Assembly: GCA_015486475.1 (NCBI GenBank)
Contig: WFRO01000152.1
Location: 1-35,516 of the forward strand
Source of the DNA: Bacteroidales bacterium
GTDB taxonomy: Bacteria > Bacteroidota > Bacteroidia > Bacteroidales > VadinHA17
Direction: 5' to 3'
Length of the DNA stretch: 35,516 bases
Part shown: positions 24,669 through 35,516 of the stretch, in pieces
Layout: each line of letters starts with the position of its first letter
Numbering within the stretch: position 1 is the first letter of the stretch
Translations under genes and position numbers: made by a program
The notes under the pieces: generated by a model
Database searches by the model: none
Told to the model about the DNA's origin: nothing
The model's input: only the letters and a program-made list of their open reading frames with translations

Positions 24669-25115
24669 TTATACAGTGGTAACCGTTCCCTTCAGTTCTT
24701 CTATGGCTTGCTTTGCCGATGCGGAGAAAGCATGTGCCGTCACATCGAGCTTGCGGGTAAGTTTGCCTTTGCCCAGTATTTTTACTTTGGCATTTTTGGA
24801 AACCAGCCCTGCTTCGACGAGTATCTCCACATCCACTTTTTCCAGGTTCCTTTTGGCAGACAGCTCCTCGAGGGTGCTCAGGTTGATGGCTTTGTACTCC
24901 ACCCTGTTGCGGTTCTTAAAACCAAACTTGGGCACACGGCGCTGCAGGGGCATCTGGCCTCCCTCGAAGCCTATCTTGCGGGAGTATCCCGATCTCGACT
25001 TCTGGCCTTTGTGTCCGCGTGTGGAAGTACCGCCTTTCCCGGAGCCTTCACCACGGGCTATACGTGTCTTCTTTTTTACAGATCCTTTTGCCGGCTTCAG
25101 ATTACTTAGGTCCAT
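24669..25115 (-). CDS. rplO: 50S ribosomal protein uL15
   Basis: MDLSNLKPAKGSVKKKTRIARGEGSGKGGTSTRGHKGQKSRSG...; 148 aa. Confidence 0.97.
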   Translation of the reverse strand: MDLSNLKPAKGSVKKKTRIARGEGSGKGGTSTRGHKGQKSRSGYSRKIGFEGGQMPLQRRVPKFGFKNRNRVEYKAINLSTLEELSAKRNLEKVDVEILVEAGLVSKNAKVKILGKGKLTRKLDVTAHAFSASAKQAIEELKGTVTTV

Positions 25116-25131
25116 CTCTTCTATGCTTTAT

Positions 25132-25314
25132 TTATTTTACTTCCTCTACTTTCACCAAATGGGTTACCTTCCGGATCATGCCCATGATCTGCGGGGTAGC
25201 TTCCACCTCGACGGTAGCATTGATCCTGTTAAGACCCAGTGCCTGCAGCGTCCTTTTCTGGCGTTCAGGGCTTCCTATCTTACTCTTTATCTGAGTGATC
25301 CTTACTTTTCCCAT
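25132..25314 (-). CDS. rpmD: 50S ribosomal protein uL30
   Basis: MGKVRITQIKSKIGSPERQKRTLQALGLNRIN...; 60 aa. Confidence 0.95.
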   Translation of the reverse strand: MGKVRITQIKSKIGSPERQKRTLQALGLNRINATVEVEATPQIMGMIRKVTHLVKVEEVK

Positions 25315-25325
25315 TTTCTTAATAT

Positions 25326-25841
25326 CTAACCGTTGAACACTTTATCCAGATCGATCCCACGCTGATCGGCCACCATATAGGCATCCCGCATCTCCAGCAG
25401 TGCCTGGAAAGTAGCCTTCACCAGGTTGTGGGGGTTCGATGATCCTTTCGATTTGGCCAACACGTTTTTCACACCGACACTCTCGAGCACGGCACGCATA
25501 GCACCGCCGGCCTTCACTCCCGTACCTTCGGAAGCCGGCTTGAGGAATACCCTCGCGCCACCATACTTGGCAGTCTGCTCATGGGGGATGGTCCCGTGCA
25601 GGATAGGCACCTTCACCAGGTTTTTCTTGGCATCTTCCACGCCTTTGGCAATGGCGGTAGTCACCTCGTTGGCTTTCCCCAGGCCATAGCCTGCGATGCC
25701 GCTCTCATTCCCTACCACCACGATGGCGGAGAAACTGAAGGTACGGCCCCCTTTGGTCACCTTGGTCACCCTCTGGATACTGACCAACCGGTCTTTCAGC
25801 TCCAGATCGCTGGTCTTTACTTTTCTTATACCGTTTGACAT
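25326..25841 (-). CDS. rpsE: 30S ribosomal protein uS5
   Basis: [27 protein letters not shown]...[15 protein letters not shown]; 171 aa. Confidence 0.97.
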   Translation of the reverse strand: MSNGIRKVKTSDLELKDRLVSIQRVTKVTKGGRTFSFSAIVVVGNESGIAGYGLGKANEVTTAIAKGVEDAKKNLVKVPILHGTIPHEQTAKYGGARVFLKPASEGTGVKAGGAMRAVLESVGVKNVLAKSKGSSNPHNLVKATFQALLEMRDAYMVADQRGIDLDKVFNG

Positions 25842-25853
25842 AATATTGTTCGC

Positions 25854-26213
25854 TTAAATTTTTAAACCTCCTTTACGGGCAGCTTCTGCCAGCTCCCTGA
25901 CACGACCGTGGTAAAGATAACCGTTACGGTCGAAGACAGCATTCTCAATGCCTTTTTCTTTGAGCCTTCCGGCGATCAGTTCGCCTACCAGGCGGGCCTG
26001 TTCTTTCTTGTCGCCTTTCAGCTTGCCGGCCACCTCTTTTTCTTTCGAGGAAGCACTGGCGATCGTCACACCATGCAGGTCATCAATGGCCTGTACATAG
26101 ATCTGACGGTTGCTGCGGAAAACCGACAGCCGCGGCTTGGCATCGGTACCGAAGACATGCTTCCGTACCCTTTTTTTTATCCTTAGTCTGCGCTCAAGTT
26201 TCGTTAATCCCAT
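25854..26213 (-). CDS. rplR: 50S ribosomal protein uL18
   Basis: [18 protein letters not shown]...[26 protein letters not shown]; 119 aa. Confidence 0.96.
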   Translation of the reverse strand: MGLTKLERRLRIKKRVRKHVFGTDAKPRLSVFRSNRQIYVQAIDDLHGVTIASASSKEKEVAGKLKGDKKEQARLVGELIAGRLKEKGIENAVFDRNGYLYHGRVRELAEAARKGGLKI

Positions 26214-26233
26214 CGCTCACTTATTATAGATGA

Positions 26234-26785
26234 TTATACACTTGCAGCTTTACCTGCTTTTCTCCTGATCTGCTCGCCCACATAGCGTATCCCTTTGCCT
26301 TTGTACGGCTCGGGCTTGCGCAGCGACCGTATCTTGGCAGCTACATGCCCCAGCAACTGCTTGTCATAACTTTTGAGGGTCACAATGGGGTTGCTCCTTC
26401 TTTCTGTTTTGGCTTCTACCTTGATCTCCTGAGGCAGCTCGATCATAAAGTTGTGGGAATATCCCAGGTAAAGGTCGAGCATCTGACCATTGGCCTCGGC
26501 ACGGAAACCGACACCTACCAGCTCCAGCTTGATCTCGAATCCTTTGGAGACCCCTTCCACCATGTTGTTGATCAGCGAACGGTAGAGCCCGTGCATGGCC
26601 TTGTGGCGCTTCTGGTCGGTAGGACGAAGCACACGGACGATCCCGTCCTTGATCTCCACCTTGATATCCGGATCGATCTTCTGGCTCAGTTCTCCCAAAG
26701 GCCCCTTCACCGTCACAACATTGTCACGGTAGTCAACGGTGACACCCTCAGGTATTGATATGGGTAATTTTCCAATTCGTGACAT
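26234..26785 (-). CDS. rplF: 50S ribosomal protein uL6
   Basis: MSRIGKLPISIPEGVTVDYRDNVVTVKGPLGEL...; 183 aa. Confidence 0.97.
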   Translation of the reverse strand: MSRIGKLPISIPEGVTVDYRDNVVTVKGPLGELSQKIDPDIKVEIKDGIVRVLRPTDQKRHKAMHGLYRSLINNMVEGVSKGFEIKLELVGVGFRAEANGQMLDLYLGYSHNFMIELPQEIKVEAKTERRSNPIVTLKSYDKQLLGHVAAKIRSLRKPEPYKGKGIRYVGEQIRRKAGKAASV

Positions 26786-26798
26786 GATTCCTCTCTTT

Positions 26799-27197
26799 TT
26801 AATATACGTAACACAAAATTTCCCCGCCGATTTTCAGCTTCCTGGCCTCCTTGTCGGTCATCACCCCCTGCGAGGTGGACAGGATGGCCACGCCCAGACC
26901 GTTCAACACGCGGGGCAACTCACGGGCATTGGCATACTTACGCAGACCCGGACGGCTCACGCGTTCTATCGACTTGAAAGCCGGCACTTTTGTCTTGGGA
27001 TGATACTTCAGGGCAATCTTGATCATGCCCTGTTTGTCATCCTCCAGGAACTTGTAGTTGAGAATGTATCCCTTGTCGTAGAGGATCCGCGTGATGCTTT
27101 TCTTCATGTTCGAAGCGGGTATCTCAACAACCTTGTGCCCGGCACTGGCCGCATTGCGCAACCTGGTCAAATAATCTGCAATAGGATCGGTTATCAT
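26799..27197 (-). CDS. rpsH: 30S ribosomal protein uS8
   Basis: MITDPIADYLTRLRNAASAGHKVVEIPASN...; 132 aa. Confidence 0.97.
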   Translation of the reverse strand: MITDPIADYLTRLRNAASAGHKVVEIPASNMKKSITRILYDKGYILNYKFLEDDKQGMIKIALKYHPKTKVPAFKSIERVSRPGLRKYANARELPRVLNGLGVAILSTSQGVMTDKEARKLKIGGEILCYVY

Positions 27198-27234
27198 TGC
27201 TTCTTGATCTTTTCTTGTTATAAATCTTTCTTTC

Positions 27235-27504
27235 TTACCAACTGGCTTTTCTGATCCCCGGGATCAGTCCCTGGGAAGCCATCTCCCGGAAAGTGATACG
27301 GCTCAGTCCGAACTGCCGCATATAGCCTTTGGGGCGGCCGGTGAGCTTGCACCGGTTGTGCAGCCTGATCGGATTGGAGTTGCGCGGCAGACGGCTCAGA
27401 CCTACATAATCTCCTTCGGCCTTGAGACGGGCGCGCTTCTCTGCATACTTGTCAACGAGCTTCTGCCGTTTTACTTCACGGGCTTTCATTGATTCTTTTG
27501 CCAT
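27235..27504 (-). CDS. rpsN: 30S ribosomal protein uS14 (long, non-zinc form)
   Basis: [24 protein letters not shown]...[39 protein letters not shown]. 89 aa with a single Cys. Confidence 0.96.
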   Translation of the reverse strand: MAKESMKAREVKRQKLVDKYAEKRARLKAEGDYVGLSRLPRNSNPIRLHNRCKLTGRPKGYMRQFGLSRITFREMASQGLIPGIRKASW

Positions 27505-27510
27505 GTCTCT

Positions 27511-28065
27511 CTATTTTTTTTGATCCTTAAAAGGTATTCCGAATTCTCTCAGCAGGGCATAACCTTCCTCGTCACTGCGTGCCGAGGTAACGAAGGTGAT
27601 CTCCAGGCCCATGATCTTATTGATCTTGTCAATGTCGATCTCGGGGAATATGATCTGCTCCTTAATGCCCAGGGTGTAGTTACCGCGGCCGTCGAGCTTG
27701 CTTGTCACACCGCGGAAGTCGCGGATACGGGGCAGTGCCACCTTGACGAGACGCTCAAGGAACTCATACATTTTCTCACGTCGCAGTGTCACCTTGACGC
27801 CGATGGGCATTTTCTTCCTCAGCTTGAAGTTGGAGATATCCTTGGTAGCCACGGTGGCCACAGCTTTCTGCCCGGCGATGGTGCTGATCTCCTGCACACC
27901 CTGCTCGATGAGCTTCTTGTCGGCCGTAGCCTGGCCGATGCCCTGGTTGATGGTGATCTTCAGGAGTCGCGGCACCTGCATCACGGAAGAATAACCAAAT
28001 TCCTTCATCAGTGCAGGAACGATCTCTTCCTTGTATTTTTTCTTCAGTTCGGGTGTGTATTCCAT
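27511..28065 (-). CDS. rplE: 50S ribosomal protein uL5
   Basis: [17 protein letters not shown]...RDFRGV...[19 protein letters not shown]; 184 aa. Confidence 0.97.
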   Translation of the reverse strand: MEYTPELKKKYKEEIVPALMKEFGYSSVMQVPRLLKITINQGIGQATADKKLIEQGVQEISTIAGQKAVATVATKDISNFKLRKKMPIGVKVTLRREKMYEFLERLVKVALPRIRDFRGVTSKLDGRGNYTLGIKEQIIFPEIDIDKINKIMGLEITFVTSARSDEEGYALLREFGIPFKDQKK

Positions 28066-28388
28066 TACTTGATCTCCTCCCCTGATTTTTTAGAATAACG
28101 TACCAGTTTATTTTCATCATTCAGACGGCGTCCTATGCGTGTGGGCTTGCCATCCGACGGGTCCACCACGTTGAGGTTGGAAATGTGGATGGGCGCCTCT
28201 TTCTTGATGATCCCGCCCTGCGGGTAGTCGTTGTTGGGCTTGGTATGGCGCGACACCATGTTCACCCCTTCGACGATGGCCCGCTGCTGCTTGACGAGCA
28301 CCTCCAGGACTTTCCCTGTCTGGCCTTTGTACTCACCGGCGTTGACATACACCAGATCGCCTTTTTTGATATGTAATTTCTTTGCCAT
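28065..28388 (-). CDS. rplX: 50S ribosomal protein uL24
   Basis: [30 protein letters not shown]... (KOW motif). 107 aa, with a TAATG overlap with rplE. Confidence 0.96.
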   Translation of the reverse strand: MAKKLHIKKGDLVYVNAGEYKGQTGKVLEVLVKQQRAIVEGVNMVSRHTKPNNDYPQGGIIKKEAPIHISNLNVVDPSDGKPTRIGRRLNDENKLVRYSKKSGEEIK

Positions 28389-28406
28389 TTTCTTCTCTTT
28401 TTTCCG

Positions 28407-28772
28407 TTACAGTACTTCGGGAGCCAGGGAGATGATCTTCATGTACCCGTCACGCAGTTCGCGTGCCACGGGACCGAAGATACGTGTGCCTCTCATCTCG
28501 CCGAGGTTGTTCAACAATACGCACGCATTGTCATCAAAACGTATGTACGACCCGTCCTTGCGTCTCACCTCTTTCCGGGTGCGTACCACGACAGCCTTGC
28601 TGACCATGCCTTTCTTGGTATCGCTGCCGGGCAGGGCGCTCTTGACCGTCACGATGATGAGGTCTCCCAGGGAAGCATACTTCTTGCGCGTACCTCCCAG
28701 CACCCGGATGACCAGCACCTCTTTGGCTCCGCTGTTATCTGCTACAGCTAAACGACTCTCTTGTTGTACCAT
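28407..28772 (-). CDS. rplN: 50S ribosomal protein uL14
   Basis: [27 protein letters not shown]...; 121 aa. Confidence 0.97.
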   Translation of the reverse strand: MVQQESRLAVADNSGAKEVLVIRVLGGTRKKYASLGDLIIVTVKSALPGSDTKKGMVSKAVVVRTRKEVRRKDGSYIRFDDNACVLLNNLGEMRGTRIFGPVARELRDGYMKIISLAPEVL

Positions 28773-28774
28773 GA

Positions 28775-29035
28775 CTATTTAACTCTTTCAATTATTTCAA
28801 CCAATCTCCAGCTCTTGTGCCGGCTCAGGGGCCGGGTCTCCATGATCCTGACAGTGTCGCCTATGTTGCAGTCGTTCTTGTCGTCATGGACCATGAACTT
28901 CTTGGTCTTGTTCACAAACTTTCCGTAGATGGGGTGTTTCACTTTCCGTTTGACAGCTACCACAATGGTCTTGTCCATTTTGTTGCTGACAACAACCCCT
29001 GTTCTTTCTTTACGCAAATTTCTGGTTGCTTCCAT
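28775..29035 (-). CDS. rpsQ: 30S ribosomal protein uS17
   Basis: [33 protein letters not shown]...; 86 aa. Confidence 0.96.
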   Translation of the reverse strand: MEATRNLRKERTGVVVSNKMDKTIVVAVKRKVKHPIYGKFVNKTKKFMVHDDKNDCNIGDTVRIMETRPLSRHKSWRLVEIIERVK

Positions 29036-29043
29036 TCTCTTTT

Positions 29044-29247
29044 TTATTTACTCATTTTAGCAAGCTCCCGCTGACGCAGTTCGGTCTTCATGCGGGCGAT
29101 ATTCCTCCGGGTCTCCTTGATCTTGTTCGGGTTGTCCAGAGGAGAGATCGCATGGTTCAGTTCCAGCTTCCGGAGATAGGATGACTCATTGTCGATCCTT
29201 TCCACCAGTTCCTTATCGGTAAGCTCACGTATCTCTTTTGTTTTCAT
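29044..29247 (-). CDS. rpmC: 50S ribosomal protein uL29
   Basis: [21 protein letters not shown]...[15 protein letters not shown]; 67 aa. Confidence 0.95.
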   Translation of the reverse strand: MKTKEIRELTDKELVERIDNESSYLRKLELNHAISPLDNPNKIKETRRNIARMKTELRQRELAKMSK

Positions 29248-29276
29248 TTTCTCTCTGTTTTGATCTGCGGGATCTT

Positions 29277-29696
29277 TTATTCGTTATAGTCCCTGCGTAC
29301 AACAAACTTCGTTTTCACGGGCAGTTTCTGGGCTCCCAGACGGAGGGCTTCCTGAGCTACGGCCAGGGTAACACCTTCCACCTCGAACAGGATCCTTCCG
29401 GGGGTCACCGGAGCGACAAAGCCTTCAGGGGATCCTTTTCCTTTACCCATACGCACCTCGGCCGGTTTCTTGGTGATGGGCTTGTCGGGGAAGATACGTA
29501 TCCACACCTGTCCTTCACGTTTCATATGCCTCACGATGGCCTGACGGGCTGCCTCTATCTGGCGGCCAGTGATCCAGGCGCTGTCGAGGGTCTTGATCCC
29601 GAAAGATCCGAAGGCCAGCTGATTGCCCCGTTGGGCGTTCCCCTTCATTCTGCCTTTCTGGCGTCTTCTGTATTTGGTTTTCTTCGGCTGTAACAT
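29277..29696 (-). CDS. rplP: 50S ribosomal protein uL16
   Basis: [24 protein letters not shown]...; 139 aa. Confidence 0.97.
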   Translation of the reverse strand: MLQPKKTKYRRRQKGRMKGNAQRGNQLAFGSFGIKTLDSAWITGRQIEAARQAIVRHMKREGQVWIRIFPDKPITKKPAEVRMGKGKGSPEGFVAPVTPGRILFEVEGVTLAVAQEALRLGAQKLPVKTKFVVRRDYNE

Positions 29697-29726
29697 GATC
29701 GTAGCTCTTTAAATATTCTGAAATAC

Positions 29727-30437
29727 TTATTTACGACGGCCTCCTCTGCCTCTTTCCCTTCTCAGTCCGCCGCCGGGTTTTTTCATGCCTACATTGGGTG
29801 AGAGATCCCGCTTCCCGAAAACCTCTCCGTTGCATATCCACACCTTGATACCGATGACGCCTACTTTCGTGTGGGCTTCGGCCAGGGCATAGTCAATATC
29901 GGCGCGAAGGGTATGCAGCGGGATACGGCCTTCCTTATAGGTCTCGGAACGGGCCATTTCAGCGCCGCCCAGACGGCCGGATATCAGCACCTTGATCCCT
30001 TCGGCACCCATACGCATCGTCGAGGCGATGGTCATCTTGATGGCACGACGGTAAGAGATCTTGCCTTCTACCTGGCGGGCGATGTTGTTGGCCACGATGG
30101 TAGCATCCAGCTCAGGCCTTTTCACCTCGTAGATGTTGATCTGCACCTCTTTCTGTGTGATATTCTTCAGCTCTTCCTTCAGCTTATCCACTTCCTGGCC
30201 ACCCTTGCCGATGATGATCCCCGGACGGGCCGTGTTGACGGTCACCGTGATGAGCTTGAGCGTACGCTCGATGATGATCTTCGAGACGCTGGCCTTGGCC
30301 AGACGTACGTTCAGATAGTCGCGGATCTTGGTGTCCTCAACGATCTTGTCGGCATAGTTGTTCCCACCGTACCAGTTGGAGTCCCAACCACGGATGATGC
30401 CCAGACGGTTCGATATCGGATTAACTTTTTGTCCCAT
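29727..30437 (-). CDS. rpsC: 30S ribosomal protein uS3
   Basis: [23 protein letters not shown]..., a KH domain and a basic Gly/Arg tail; 236 aa. Confidence 0.97.
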   Translation of the reverse strand: MGQKVNPISNRLGIIRGWDSNWYGGNNYADKIVEDTKIRDYLNVRLAKASVSKIIIERTLKLITVTVNTARPGIIIGKGGQEVDKLKEELKNITQKEVQINIYEVKRPELDATIVANNIARQVEGKISYRRAIKMTIASTMRMGAEGIKVLISGRLGGAEMARSETYKEGRIPLHTLRADIDYALAEAHTKVGVIGIKVWICNGEVFGKRDLSPNVGMKKPGGGLRRERGRGGRRK

Positions 30438-30884
30438 TTATTTTGTATTAGCATTTTCGGTTTCTACTTCTTCTGTCTCGTTCTGCGGAAGCATCAGGCT
30501 GTCCAGGATGACCGTCACATGGTTGGAACGTTTCCTGATCCTGTATGCCCGGCCCTGGGGGGCGGGACGCAGCCGCTTGAGTGTCCGGCTCTGGTCAACA
30601 AAGATCTCTTTGATGTAAAGATGACTCTCCTCGACGCGGGCCCCTTCGTTCTTCTCCTGCCAGTTGGCGATGGCCGAGAGGACCAGTTTTTCCACTCTTC
30701 TGCTGGCTTCCTTATTGCTGTACTTCAGCAGTTCCAACGCCTTGTTCACTTCCAGACCCCTGACCATATCAGCCACCAGCCTCATCTTACGGGGTGAGGA
30801 AGGGTCGTTGCGCAGGACAGCCATGTACTGGCTCTTCCTGGCTTCTTTCATAGCATTGGCGCGTTCTGTCTTTCTTTTTCCCAT
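30438..30884 (-). CDS. rplV: 50S ribosomal protein uL22
   Basis: [32 protein letters not shown]...; 148 aa. The stop abuts the rpsC ATG. Confidence 0.96.
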   Translation of the reverse strand: MGKRKTERANAMKEARKSQYMAVLRNDPSSPRKMRLVADMVRGLEVNKALELLKYSNKEASRRVEKLVLSAIANWQEKNEGARVEESHLYIKEIFVDQSRTLKRLRPAPQGRAYRIRKRSNHVTVILDSLMLPQNETEEVETENANTK

Positions 30885-30903
30885 GACAAATTACTTTTAA
30901 GAA

Positions 30904-31170
30904 TTATCTGGCCTTCCCTCCATGGCCTCTCCAGGTACGCGTCGGGGCAAACTCTCCCAGCTTGTGACCTACCATGTTCTCGGTGACATACACCGGGATG
31001 AACTTGTTGCCGTTATGTACGGCGATGGTGTGTCCCACGAAATCGGGGGAGATCATGGAACGCCGGGACCAGGTCTTGATGACGCTCTTCTTGCCCGACT
31101 CATTCATCTCGAGGATTCTCTTCTCGAGCTTGTAATCAATAAAAGGACCTTTTTTTAATGAACGACTCAT
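30904..31170 (-). CDS. rpsS: 30S ribosomal protein uS19
   Basis: [19 protein letters not shown]...[34 protein letters not shown]; 88 aa. Confidence 0.97.
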   Translation of the reverse strand: MSRSLKKGPFIDYKLEKRILEMNESGKKSVIKTWSRRSMISPDFVGHTIAVHNGNKFIPVYVTENMVGHKLGEFAPTRTWRGHGGKAR

Positions 31171-31177
31171 GGTTTAT

Positions 31178-32011
31178 CTATCTTTTTCTTTTTTTCCTTT
31201 TTTCAACGATCAGTTTATTGGACGGTTTGTTTTTCGACCGTGTCTTATAGCCTTTGGCGGGCATGCCGTTGCGTGAGCGGGGATGGCCTCCCGAGGCCCT
31301 TCCTTCGCCGCCACCCATGGGGTGATCGACAGGGTTCATGGCCACGCCTCTCACCCGTGGCCTGCGGCCCTGCCAGCGCGAGCGTCCTGCCTTGCCCGAA
31401 CGTACCAGGCCGTGGTCGGAGTTGGAGACCGTGCCGACCGTAGCGCGGCAGGTCACCAGCACCATCCTCGTCTCACCGGAGGGCAGACGGACAATGGCAT
31501 ATTTACCATCGCGGCTGGTCAACTGGGCATAGCTGCCGGCACTGCGTGCCAGGGCGGCACCCTTGCCCGGGTAAAGCTCTATGTTATGGATGACCGTACC
31601 CAGCGGGATGTCGGAAAGGAACAGCGTGTTTCCGATCTCGGGAGCTATGCCGCGGCCCGACTCGATCGTCTGTCCCACCTTGAGACCGTTGGGGGCGATG
31701 ATATATCTCTTCTCACCGTCTTTGTATGCCACCAGGGCAATGCGTGCCGAGCGGTTGGGATCATATTCGATCGTCTTCACCACAGCAGGGATACCATCCT
31801 TGTTACGTTTGAAGTCGATGACCCGCAGCTTCCGCTTGTGGCCACCTCCCATGTAACGCATCGTCATCTTGCCGGTGTTGTTCCTGCCCCCGCTTTTCTT
31901 CAGGGGGCGGAGCAACGACTTCTCCGGCTTGACGGCCGTGATGTCATCAAACGTTGCCACCACTCTGTGCCTCTGACCCGGTGTTACCGGTTTTAATTTT
32001 CTTACTGCCAT
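31178..32011 (-). CDS. rplB: 50S ribosomal protein uL2
   Basis: [15 protein letters not shown]..., [33 protein letters not shown]; 277 aa. Confidence 0.97.
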   Translation of the reverse strand: MAVRKLKPVTPGQRHRVVATFDDITAVKPEKSLLRPLKKSGGRNNTGKMTMRYMGGGHKRKLRVIDFKRNKDGIPAVVKTIEYDPNRSARIALVAYKDGEKRYIIAPNGLKVGQTIESGRGIAPEIGNTLFLSDIPLGTVIHNIELYPGKGAALARSAGSYAQLTSRDGKYAIVRLPSGETRMVLVTCRATVGTVSNSDHGLVRSGKAGRSRWQGRRPRVRGVAMNPVDHPMGGGEGRASGGHPRSRNGMPAKGYKTRSKNKPSNKLIVEKRKKRKR

Positions 32012-32017
32012 AATCTC

Positions 32018-32308
32018 TTATATATTGCTGTAAAAATCTATAGCTTCTCCTTCAGCCAGCGTCACGATGGCTTTCTTGTAAGCCTTGGTCTTGCCTTCGA
32101 TGATGCCGGTACGCGTATAACGGCTTCTTTTCTTCCCGCCATAACGCATCGTATTGACGTTCTCTACGGTAACACCGTAAAGCTCTTCCACGGCCTTCTT
32201 GATCTCGATCTTGTTGGCCCTTTTGTCCACGATGAAACCGTAACGGTTCAGGGTCTCTCCCTGGTGCGTCATCTTTTCCGTCACGATCGGTTTGATCAGT
32301 ATATTCAT
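32018..32308 (-). CDS. rplW: 50S ribosomal protein uL23
   Basis: ILIKPIVTEKMT...IEIKKAVEELYGVTVENVNTM; 96 aa. Confidence 0.96.
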   Translation of the reverse strand: MNILIKPIVTEKMTHQGETLNRYGFIVDKRANKIEIKKAVEELYGVTVENVNTMRYGGKKRSRYTRTGIIEGKTKAYKKAIVTLAEGEAIDFYSNI

Positions 32309-32323
32309 GGCTTTCGTTGGTTA

Positions 32324-32953
32324 CTAATTTTCCAGATTCTCTTTCAGTGCTTCTATCGCCTTCTCCGAAATGACCACTGCCGAAGCGTTCATCAGCTGAT
32401 AGGTGGTCAGCTCTCCTACCGTGATAACATCCGTGCGCGGCAGGTTGCGGGCAGAGAGGTAAACATTGTGGTCCGGCTCAGGCAGAACGAACAGGGATTT
32501 TTTATCACTGATGTTCAGGTTATCCTTGAGCTGTACCATCTGATGTGTTCTGGGCTCTTCGAAGGAGAGCTCCTCGATCACCGTCAGCTGGTTCTCTTTC
32601 AGCTTATAGGCCAGGGCCGAACGACGGGCCAGCTTCTTCACTTTCTTGTTCATTTTGAAGGCATAGTCACGGGGACGCGGACCGAACGTGCGGCCACCGC
32701 CGCGAAAGATAGGCGAAGCAATGCTACCCGCACGGGCCGTACCCGTACCCTTCTGTCTCTTGATCTTGCGCGTGGAAGCCCGCACCTCACCCCGTTCCTT
32801 GGCTTTGTGGGTACCCTGACGCTGTGAGGCCAGGTAGAGTTTCACATCCAGGTAGATGGCGTGATCGTTAGGCTCCGCGGGGATCAGGCTGTCCTTCAGC
32901 TCCACCGTCCTGCCGGTCTCTTTTCCTTCTTTATTTAATACTTTCAGTTTCAT
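32324..32953 (-). CDS. rplD: 50S ribosomal protein uL4
   Basis: QRQGTHKAKERGEVRASTRKIKRQKGTGTARAGSIASPIFRGGGRTFGPRPRDY; 209 aa. Confidence 0.97.
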   Translation of the reverse strand: MKLKVLNKEGKETGRTVELKDSLIPAEPNDHAIYLDVKLYLASQRQGTHKAKERGEVRASTRKIKRQKGTGTARAGSIASPIFRGGGRTFGPRPRDYAFKMNKKVKKLARRSALAYKLKENQLTVIEELSFEEPRTHQMVQLKDNLNISDKKSLFVLPEPDHNVYLSARNLPRTDVITVGELTTYQLMNASAVVISEKAIEALKENLEN

Positions 32954-33567
32954 TACTTTGTAATAATTAAGTATGAACCCTTCGGACCCGGGACGGATCC
33001 TTTTACCAATAACAAATTTTCTTCGGAGATGATCTTCATCACCCGGAGGGAGATCATGGCGACCTGCGTGCCGCCCGTCCTGCCGGCCATCCTCATGCCT
33101 TTGAAGACGCGGGAAGGATAAGAAGAACCTCCCAGCGATCCGGGAGCCCTGTCGCGGTTGTGCTGGCCATGGGTGGCATCACCCACACCCCGGAAACCAT
33201 GACGCTTGACCACGCCCTGGAAACCTTTTCCTTTGCTGACGCCCCGCACATCTACCCAGTTATCATCCTGGAAGATATCTACGGTGAGGGTGTCGCCCAG
33301 CTTGACATCCGTAAAACCGTCAAACTCCACCAGCTTGCGCTTGGGGGTGGTGCCGGCTTTCTCAAAATGCCCGCGCATGGGTTTGGGCGTGTTCTTGTCT
33401 TTCTTGTCATCAAAACCCAGCTGCACAGCTTCATAGCCGTCCTTCTCCTGCGTCTTGATCTGTGTGACAACGCATGGCCCGGCCTGTATGACCGTCACCG
33501 GCACGTTGTTACCCTCCTCATCGAAAAGGGATGTCATTCCGACTTTTTTTCCTATTAATCCTTGCAT
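32953..33567 (-). CDS. rplC: 50S ribosomal protein uL3
   Basis: [32 protein letters not shown]...[13 protein letters not shown]. 204 aa, with a TAATG overlap with rplD. Confidence 0.97.
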   Translation of the reverse strand: MQGLIGKKVGMTSLFDEEGNNVPVTVIQAGPCVVTQIKTQEKDGYEAVQLGFDDKKDKNTPKPMRGHFEKAGTTPKRKLVEFDGFTDVKLGDTLTVDIFQDDNWVDVRGVSKGKGFQGVVKRHGFRGVGDATHGQHNRDRAPGSLGGSSYPSRVFKGMRMAGRTGGTQVAMISLRVMKIISEENLLLVKGSVPGPKGSYLIITK

Positions 33568-33588
33568 GGCCTTACAACCTTTCTATGT

Positions 33589-33894
33589 TCAAACCTTTAT
33601 CTCTACCTCTACACCACTGGGCAACTCCAGCTTCATCAGCGCATCGATCGTCTTGGGCGTAGAACTGTATATATCCATCAGTCGCTTGTGGGATGCCAAC
33701 TGAAACTGCTCCCGCGATTTCTTGTTCACAAAAGGCGAACGCAAAACCGTAAAGATGCGTTTGTGGGTCGGCAACGGAATGGGACCACTTACAATGGCTC
33801 CCGTCGACTTAACCGTTTTCACGATCTTCTCGGCAGACTTGTCCACCAGGTTGTGATCGTACGATTTCAGCTTTATCCGAATTTTCTGACTCAT
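33589..33894 (-). CDS. rpsJ: 30S ribosomal protein uS10
   Basis: [25 protein letters not shown]...[31 protein letters not shown]; 101 aa. Confidence 0.97.
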   Translation of the reverse strand: MSQKIRIKLKSYDHNLVDKSAEKIVKTVKSTGAIVSGPIPLPTHKRIFTVLRSPFVNKKSREQFQLASHKRLMDIYSSTPKTIDALMKLELPSGVEVEIKV

Positions 33895-33917
33895 TATTCC
33901 TGTACTTGTTATTTAAA

Positions 33918-35516
33918 TTATACCTTGATAACTCCTTTTACATTCTCAATGACCTTCTCGGCGATTTCCTGCGGCACGGGCTCGTAGTGGGAGAACTCCA
34001 TGGAGGAAGTTGCTCTTCCCGAGGTGATGGTACGCAGCACCGTCACATACCCGAAGTTCTCTGCCAGGGGCACTTTGGCCTTGATGACACGGGCGCCGGC
34101 CTTCGATTCCATCCCTTCGATACGTCCGCGACGCTTGTTGAAGTCGGTGATGACATCTCCCATGTACTCTTCGGGCGAGACCACCTCGGCCGACATGATG
34201 GGCTCGAGGAGGATCGGGCCGGCTTTGGGAGCCGCATTCCTGAAGGCACGCTGGGCGGCCATCTGGAAAGAGAGCGAGTCGGAATCAACAGGATGATAGG
34301 ACCCGTCCTTCACCACCACTTTGAGGTTGTCCATGGGAAATCCTGCCAGCGGACCGTTCTGCATGGCCAGCGTGAAACCTTTCTCAATGGCCGGCATAAA
34401 TTCTCTGGGGATGTTGCCACCCTTCACTTCGTCGACGAACTGAAGACCTGTAACACCTTCGTCGGCAGGCCCGATCTCTATGACGATATCTGCAAATTTA
34501 CCTCTACCGCCGGTCTGTTTTTTGAACACCTCGCGATGGGCCACCGTTTTGGTGAGGGCTTCCTTGTAGGCCACCTGGGGCTGTCCCTGGTTACACTCCA
34601 CATTGAACTCACGTTTGAGCCTGTCCACCAGGATCTCCAGGTGCAGCTCGCCCATACCGCTGATGATGGTCTGGCCCGAGCTGTCGTCGGTACGCACCTT
34701 GAAGGTAGGATCTTCCTCGGCCAGTTTGGCCAGCGCAGCACCCAGCTTATCCACGTCGGCCTGTGTCTTCGGCTCAATGGCCACACCGATCACAGGATCA
34801 GGGAAGGTCATCGACTCAAGGGAGATGGGACGCTGGAAATCGGTGATGGTGTCACCGGTCTTGATATCTTTCAGCCCCACGGCACCGCAAATATCTCCGG
34901 CTTCGATAACGTCGCGGGGGTTCTGCTTGTTGGCATGCATCTGATACAGCCGGTTGATCCGGTCTTTTTTACCGGTCCGGGGGTTGAGCACCGTCATGCC
35001 GGGGGTCAGCCTGCCTGAATACACACGCAGATAGACCAGACGTCCCACATACGGGTCCGTGGTGATCTTAAAGGCCAGTGCGGCCAGTGGTGCTTTGGGA
35101 TCAGGCTCGCGCGTAACTTCTTCGCCCGTTTTGGGATTGATGCCTGTGACAGCACCTATGTCGAGGGGACTGGGCAGATAAGCCACGATGGCGTCGAGAA
35201 GACGCTGCACCCCTTTGTTCTTAAAAGCAGAGCCGCACATCACCGGCACGATGGTACCATCGATGGTAGCCTTGCGGATCACTTCCGCCATCTCATCGGG
35301 CGTGATGGAATCGGGATCTTCAAAATAACGCTCCAGCAGAGCATCGTCCTTTTCTGCCACGGCCTCCACCAGCTTGTTCCTCCACTCGGCAGCCTCATCG
35401 ACCAGCTCGGCAGGGATATCCTCCAGACTGTACTTGACGCCCATGGTCTTGTCATCATGCCAGACCACCGCCTTGTTTTCCATAAGGTCGATAACGCCCT
35501 GGAAGGAGTCCTCGGC
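33918..35516 (-). CDS. fusA: Elongation factor G, N-terminally truncated by window edge
   Basis: The frame stays open past the tracked Met (35483) to nt 35516 ([19 protein letters not shown]...). EF-G domains II-V are recognisable ([50 protein letters not shown]), and rpsJ follows. Confidence 0.95.
   Translation of the reverse strand, partial: AEDSFQGVIDLMENKAVVWHDDKTMGVKYSLEDIPAELVDEAAEWRNKLVEAVAEKDDALLERYFEDPDSITPDEMAEVIRKATIDGTIVPVMCGSAFKNKGVQRLLDAIVAYLPSPLDIGAVTGINPKTGEEVTREPDPKAPLAALAFKITTDPYVGRLVYLRVYSGRLTPGMTVLNPRTGKKDRINRLYQMHANKQNPRDVIEAGDICGAVGLKDIKTGDTITDFQRPISLESMTFPDPVIGVAIEPKTQADVDKLGAALAKLAEEDPTFKVRTDDSSGQTIISGMGELHLEILVDRLKREFNVECNQGQPQVAYKEALTKTVAHREVFKKQTGGRGKFADIVIEIGPADEGVTGLQFVDEVKGGNIPREFMPAIEKGFTLAMQNGPLAGFPMDNLKVVVKDGSYHPVDSDSLSFQMAAQRAFRNAAPKAGPILLEPIMSAEVVSPEEYMGDVITDFNKRRGRIEGMESKAGARVIKAKVPLAENFGYVTVLRTITSGRATSSMEFSHYEPVPQEIAEKVIENVKGVIKV

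Noticed and set aside
33906-35018. Long plus-strand ORFs antisense to housekeeping genes: 370 aa over fusA, 305 aa at 21078-21995, 308 aa at 29871-30797, 295 aa at 5039-5926, 285 aa at 17364-18221, and 240 aa minus-strand at 10305-11027.
   Set aside because: Each lies fully inside a confidently identified conserved gene on the other strand. Their translations are low-complexity (H/G/D/L/R-rich) with no recognisable motifs. These are shadow ORFs produced by the codon bias of the real genes.
1-35516. Searched by eye for CRISPR-like regular repeats, transposase/integrase/recombinase ORFs, toxin-antitoxin pairs, restriction-modification or other defence genes, tRNA/rRNA genes and abrupt composition shifts.
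   Set aside because: None were found. All ORFs over 60 aa that are not antisense shadows are housekeeping, envelope or signalling genes, and composition looks uniform. The window behaves as core genome, not as an accessory island.

Overview
This is a core-genome window from a Bacteroidota-type chromosome. That assignment rests on adjacent gldD/gldE, TAnnTTTG-type -7 promoter boxes, and an S10-spc-alpha ribosomal supercluster with secY-map-infA and no adk. From left to right the window holds: a 5'-truncated PafA/NPP-like phosphatase; a secreted TPR protein; a minus-strand block mutY-ssb-gldE-gldD-PPTase-GGGP-synthase homologue; a plus-strand block of HU, an untracked 30-codon ultra-basic micro-ORF, RNase G/E and DsbD; then hisS, two uncharacterised secreted proteins, a hybrid histidine kinase and a convergent membrane PP2C phosphatase. 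The right half (18.8-35.5 kb, all minus strand) is the complete fusA(partial)-rpsJ...rplO-secY-map-infA-rpmJ-rpsM-rpsK-rpsD-rpoA-rplQ cluster, and rpmJ was recovered by hand. I found no CRISPR array, transposase/integrase, tRNA/rRNA gene or defence-island signature, and I do not see a convincing novel multi-gene system. The most unusual signal is a family of four intergenic arrays built from degenerate tandem heptanucleotides held in a 7-nt register, each next to a stop codon. Secondary observations are the bS22-like micro-ORF after HU, a hybrid kinase with an apparently degenerate ATP-binding domain, a 125-aa acidic tail on L17, an archaeal-type GGGPS homologue beside an Sfp-type PPTase, and two unknown secreted proteins. 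All functional calls come from reading the translations by eye; no database search was possible.
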